Shown here in pieces: positions 62,353 through 64,000 of a stretch of DNA of 64,000 nt. The position numbers and the translations under genes are program-made. Under the pieces are notes generated by a model. The model made no database searches, was not told where the DNA came from, and saw nothing but the letters and a program-made list of their open reading frames with translations. Every line of letters starts with the position of its first letter. Position 1 is the stretch's first letter. The stretch is from an uncultured delta proteobacterium. GTDB taxonomy: Bacteria; Myxococcota; B64-G9. The stretch lies in the NCBI GenBank assembly GCA_963754925.1, contig CAVWHX010000007.1, positions 192,001-256,000 of the forward strand, given 5' to 3'.

Positions 62353-62543
62353 CAAGAGATTGGTAAATCGGAGATGATAGAAATATAAATATGAGACAAT
62401 TTATAATAAGGAGTAACCTGCAATGGTAGCCGAACTTTTTGGATGGTTTCCGGATAAGGTGGTTAACGGTTGTTTAACAAAACTGCCGAGATCTACGGCA
62501 ATTAGTGGCGGGCAACAACGCACCTTATAAAGGAGGCGCAACG

Positions 62544-63301
62544 ATGTATTGGCGTCTATTTATGATAACATTGATATTGGCACTTCAACTGCCATTCACG
62601 GCGTGCAACTCTTGCATGGAGGCTTGTGAAATGTATCCATACAAAGAACTAACCTTCAAGAACCCGTTTGGCCCAGGAACAGATGCTGCCGAGGCGCTAT
62701 GCGGTCAGAAAATCTGGGGTCGTAGTGACCTAGTGTTCTTAGCGTGGGGAGAACGGCTTGTCTTCAACAAAGTTGGTCAACCCAAAGATGTTACTGCCTA
62801 TGAAACTATCACCTCGAAGGAAACCGGACAGGTCTGGTCTGGGCGATACACAATGCAAGCTGTTATGAACTATGAATCGATGGGGGCTGCATTCAATGCC
62901 GAGTATTTTGTGACAATAAAAAATATCCGTATCGCCGAACGCATGCCACCCTTGAAGGCGCCGCCGGGTTGGCGCGGCATCTTGCCTGGAGAGCACGTAT
63001 CGCGATCAATTGCTAACAACGATAAGGTTAACGACAAATACCTCATAGAATTACCGGCCAACAAGACTGCTCATTTTGCGATAGACACATCCCTGCCGAG
63101 CTTCAGGAAGATTATACCTTCAATTTCGTCATTACCAAGGATGGGGCCCCACTAACAATAACATATGACAAGAATTATGGAATCTTTAGCTTTCAAACCA
63201 CAAGCTCTGGACGTTATGAAATCCATGTGACCGAACCATTGGATAAGCGCGAGCGGCCCGACAAGTACACTTTCTACTTTTGGTGGGGTGACTATCTATA
63301 A
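62544..63301 (+). CDS. exported/lipoprotein paralogue 2 (frameshift near 63105)
   Basis: AGGAGG RBS, FTAC lipobox-like motif; similarity to paralogue 1 resumes in another frame (TYDKNYGIFSFQT). Confidence 0.7.
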
Positions 63302-63498
63302 GTTGGACGAAATCTTGGATTACAAAGGAGTAACATCTAAATTCAGAAACAAATGTTATAAGGAGTCAATAACAATGGTGGCCGAGCCCTTTGGATGGTT
63401 TCCGGATAATGTGATCCATGTGTTATTTTAAACAAAACTGCCGAGATTTACGGCAATTAGTGGCGGGCAACACTGCACCCTATAAAGGAGCCGCAACG

Positions 63499-64000
63499 AT
63501 GTATTGCCGTTTATTTCTTGTTTCGCTGATATCGGCACTTCTTCTGCCATTCACGGCGTGCAACTCTTGCATGGAGGCTTGTGAAATGTTTCCATACAAA
63601 GAACTAACATTCAAGAACCCGTTTCATCTTAGTATTGATATCGGAGAAGAACTATGCGGTCAAAAGGTTTGGGGTCGCAAGGATCTTGAGTTCAACTCCT
63701 GGGGTGAACCGCTCACTTTAAAAAGATTAATGAACCGAAAGACGTCACGGCGTATGGAACAATAACCTCACCGGAAACCGGACAGGTCTGGTCGGGGCGA
63801 TATACAATGCAAGCTGTTCTGAACTATGAATCAATGGGGGCTGCATTCAATGCCGAGTATTTTGTGGCTATAAAGAATGTCCGGCTAGTTGAGCGCATAC
63901 CACCCTTGCAGGCGCCACCGGGTTGGCGCGGCATTTTACCGGGAGAGTATGTATCACGATCCATTGCCAACAACAATAAAGTTGACGACAAGTACCTTAT
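63499..64000 (+). CDS. exported/lipoprotein paralogue 3 (frameshift near 63720; runs off window)
   Basis: Same N-terminus and NYESMGAAFNAEYFV block. Confidence 0.7.

Overview
The window has two parts. Positions 1-13.2 kb are housekeeping-type chromosome: FAD oxidoreductase, RND efflux pair, argF, radical SAM protein, M16 peptidase, adenosine-kinase-like protein and a hydrolase. Gene content suggests a deltaproteobacterium/Myxococcota-like organism (inference). A tRNA-Leu(CAG) at 13283-13366 is followed by a >45-kb accessory region. Two more copies of the tRNA 3' half (22244, 48386) divide it into tandem integrase-less islands. The main observation is a non-coding ~238-bp repeat ('A', ends TGTCRTTCGCCAAAA...TTTTGGCGARKGACA) in about 18 full or partial copies, all in one orientation, from 13424 to 58515. 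A related ~190-bp repeat ('B') carries the same long end motif facing the other way. Almost every 1-3-gene cargo module lies between two such repeats, often only a few bases from a start or stop codon. The copies lack target-site duplications and look mosaic. This resembles an integron-like cassette array built on transposon-end-like sites, but no cognate recombinase or transposase lies in the window. Cargo includes a real integron-cassette fragment with attC sites, Cys-rich surface lipoproteins, hydrolases and proteases, mgsA, cls, pgaABCD, and an orphan vgrG with three tandem paralogues. An intact IS3-family element splits one cargo gene. Many single-base frameshifts suggest assembly indels, so pseudogene calls are tentative. 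All comparisons were made by eye, with no database searches.
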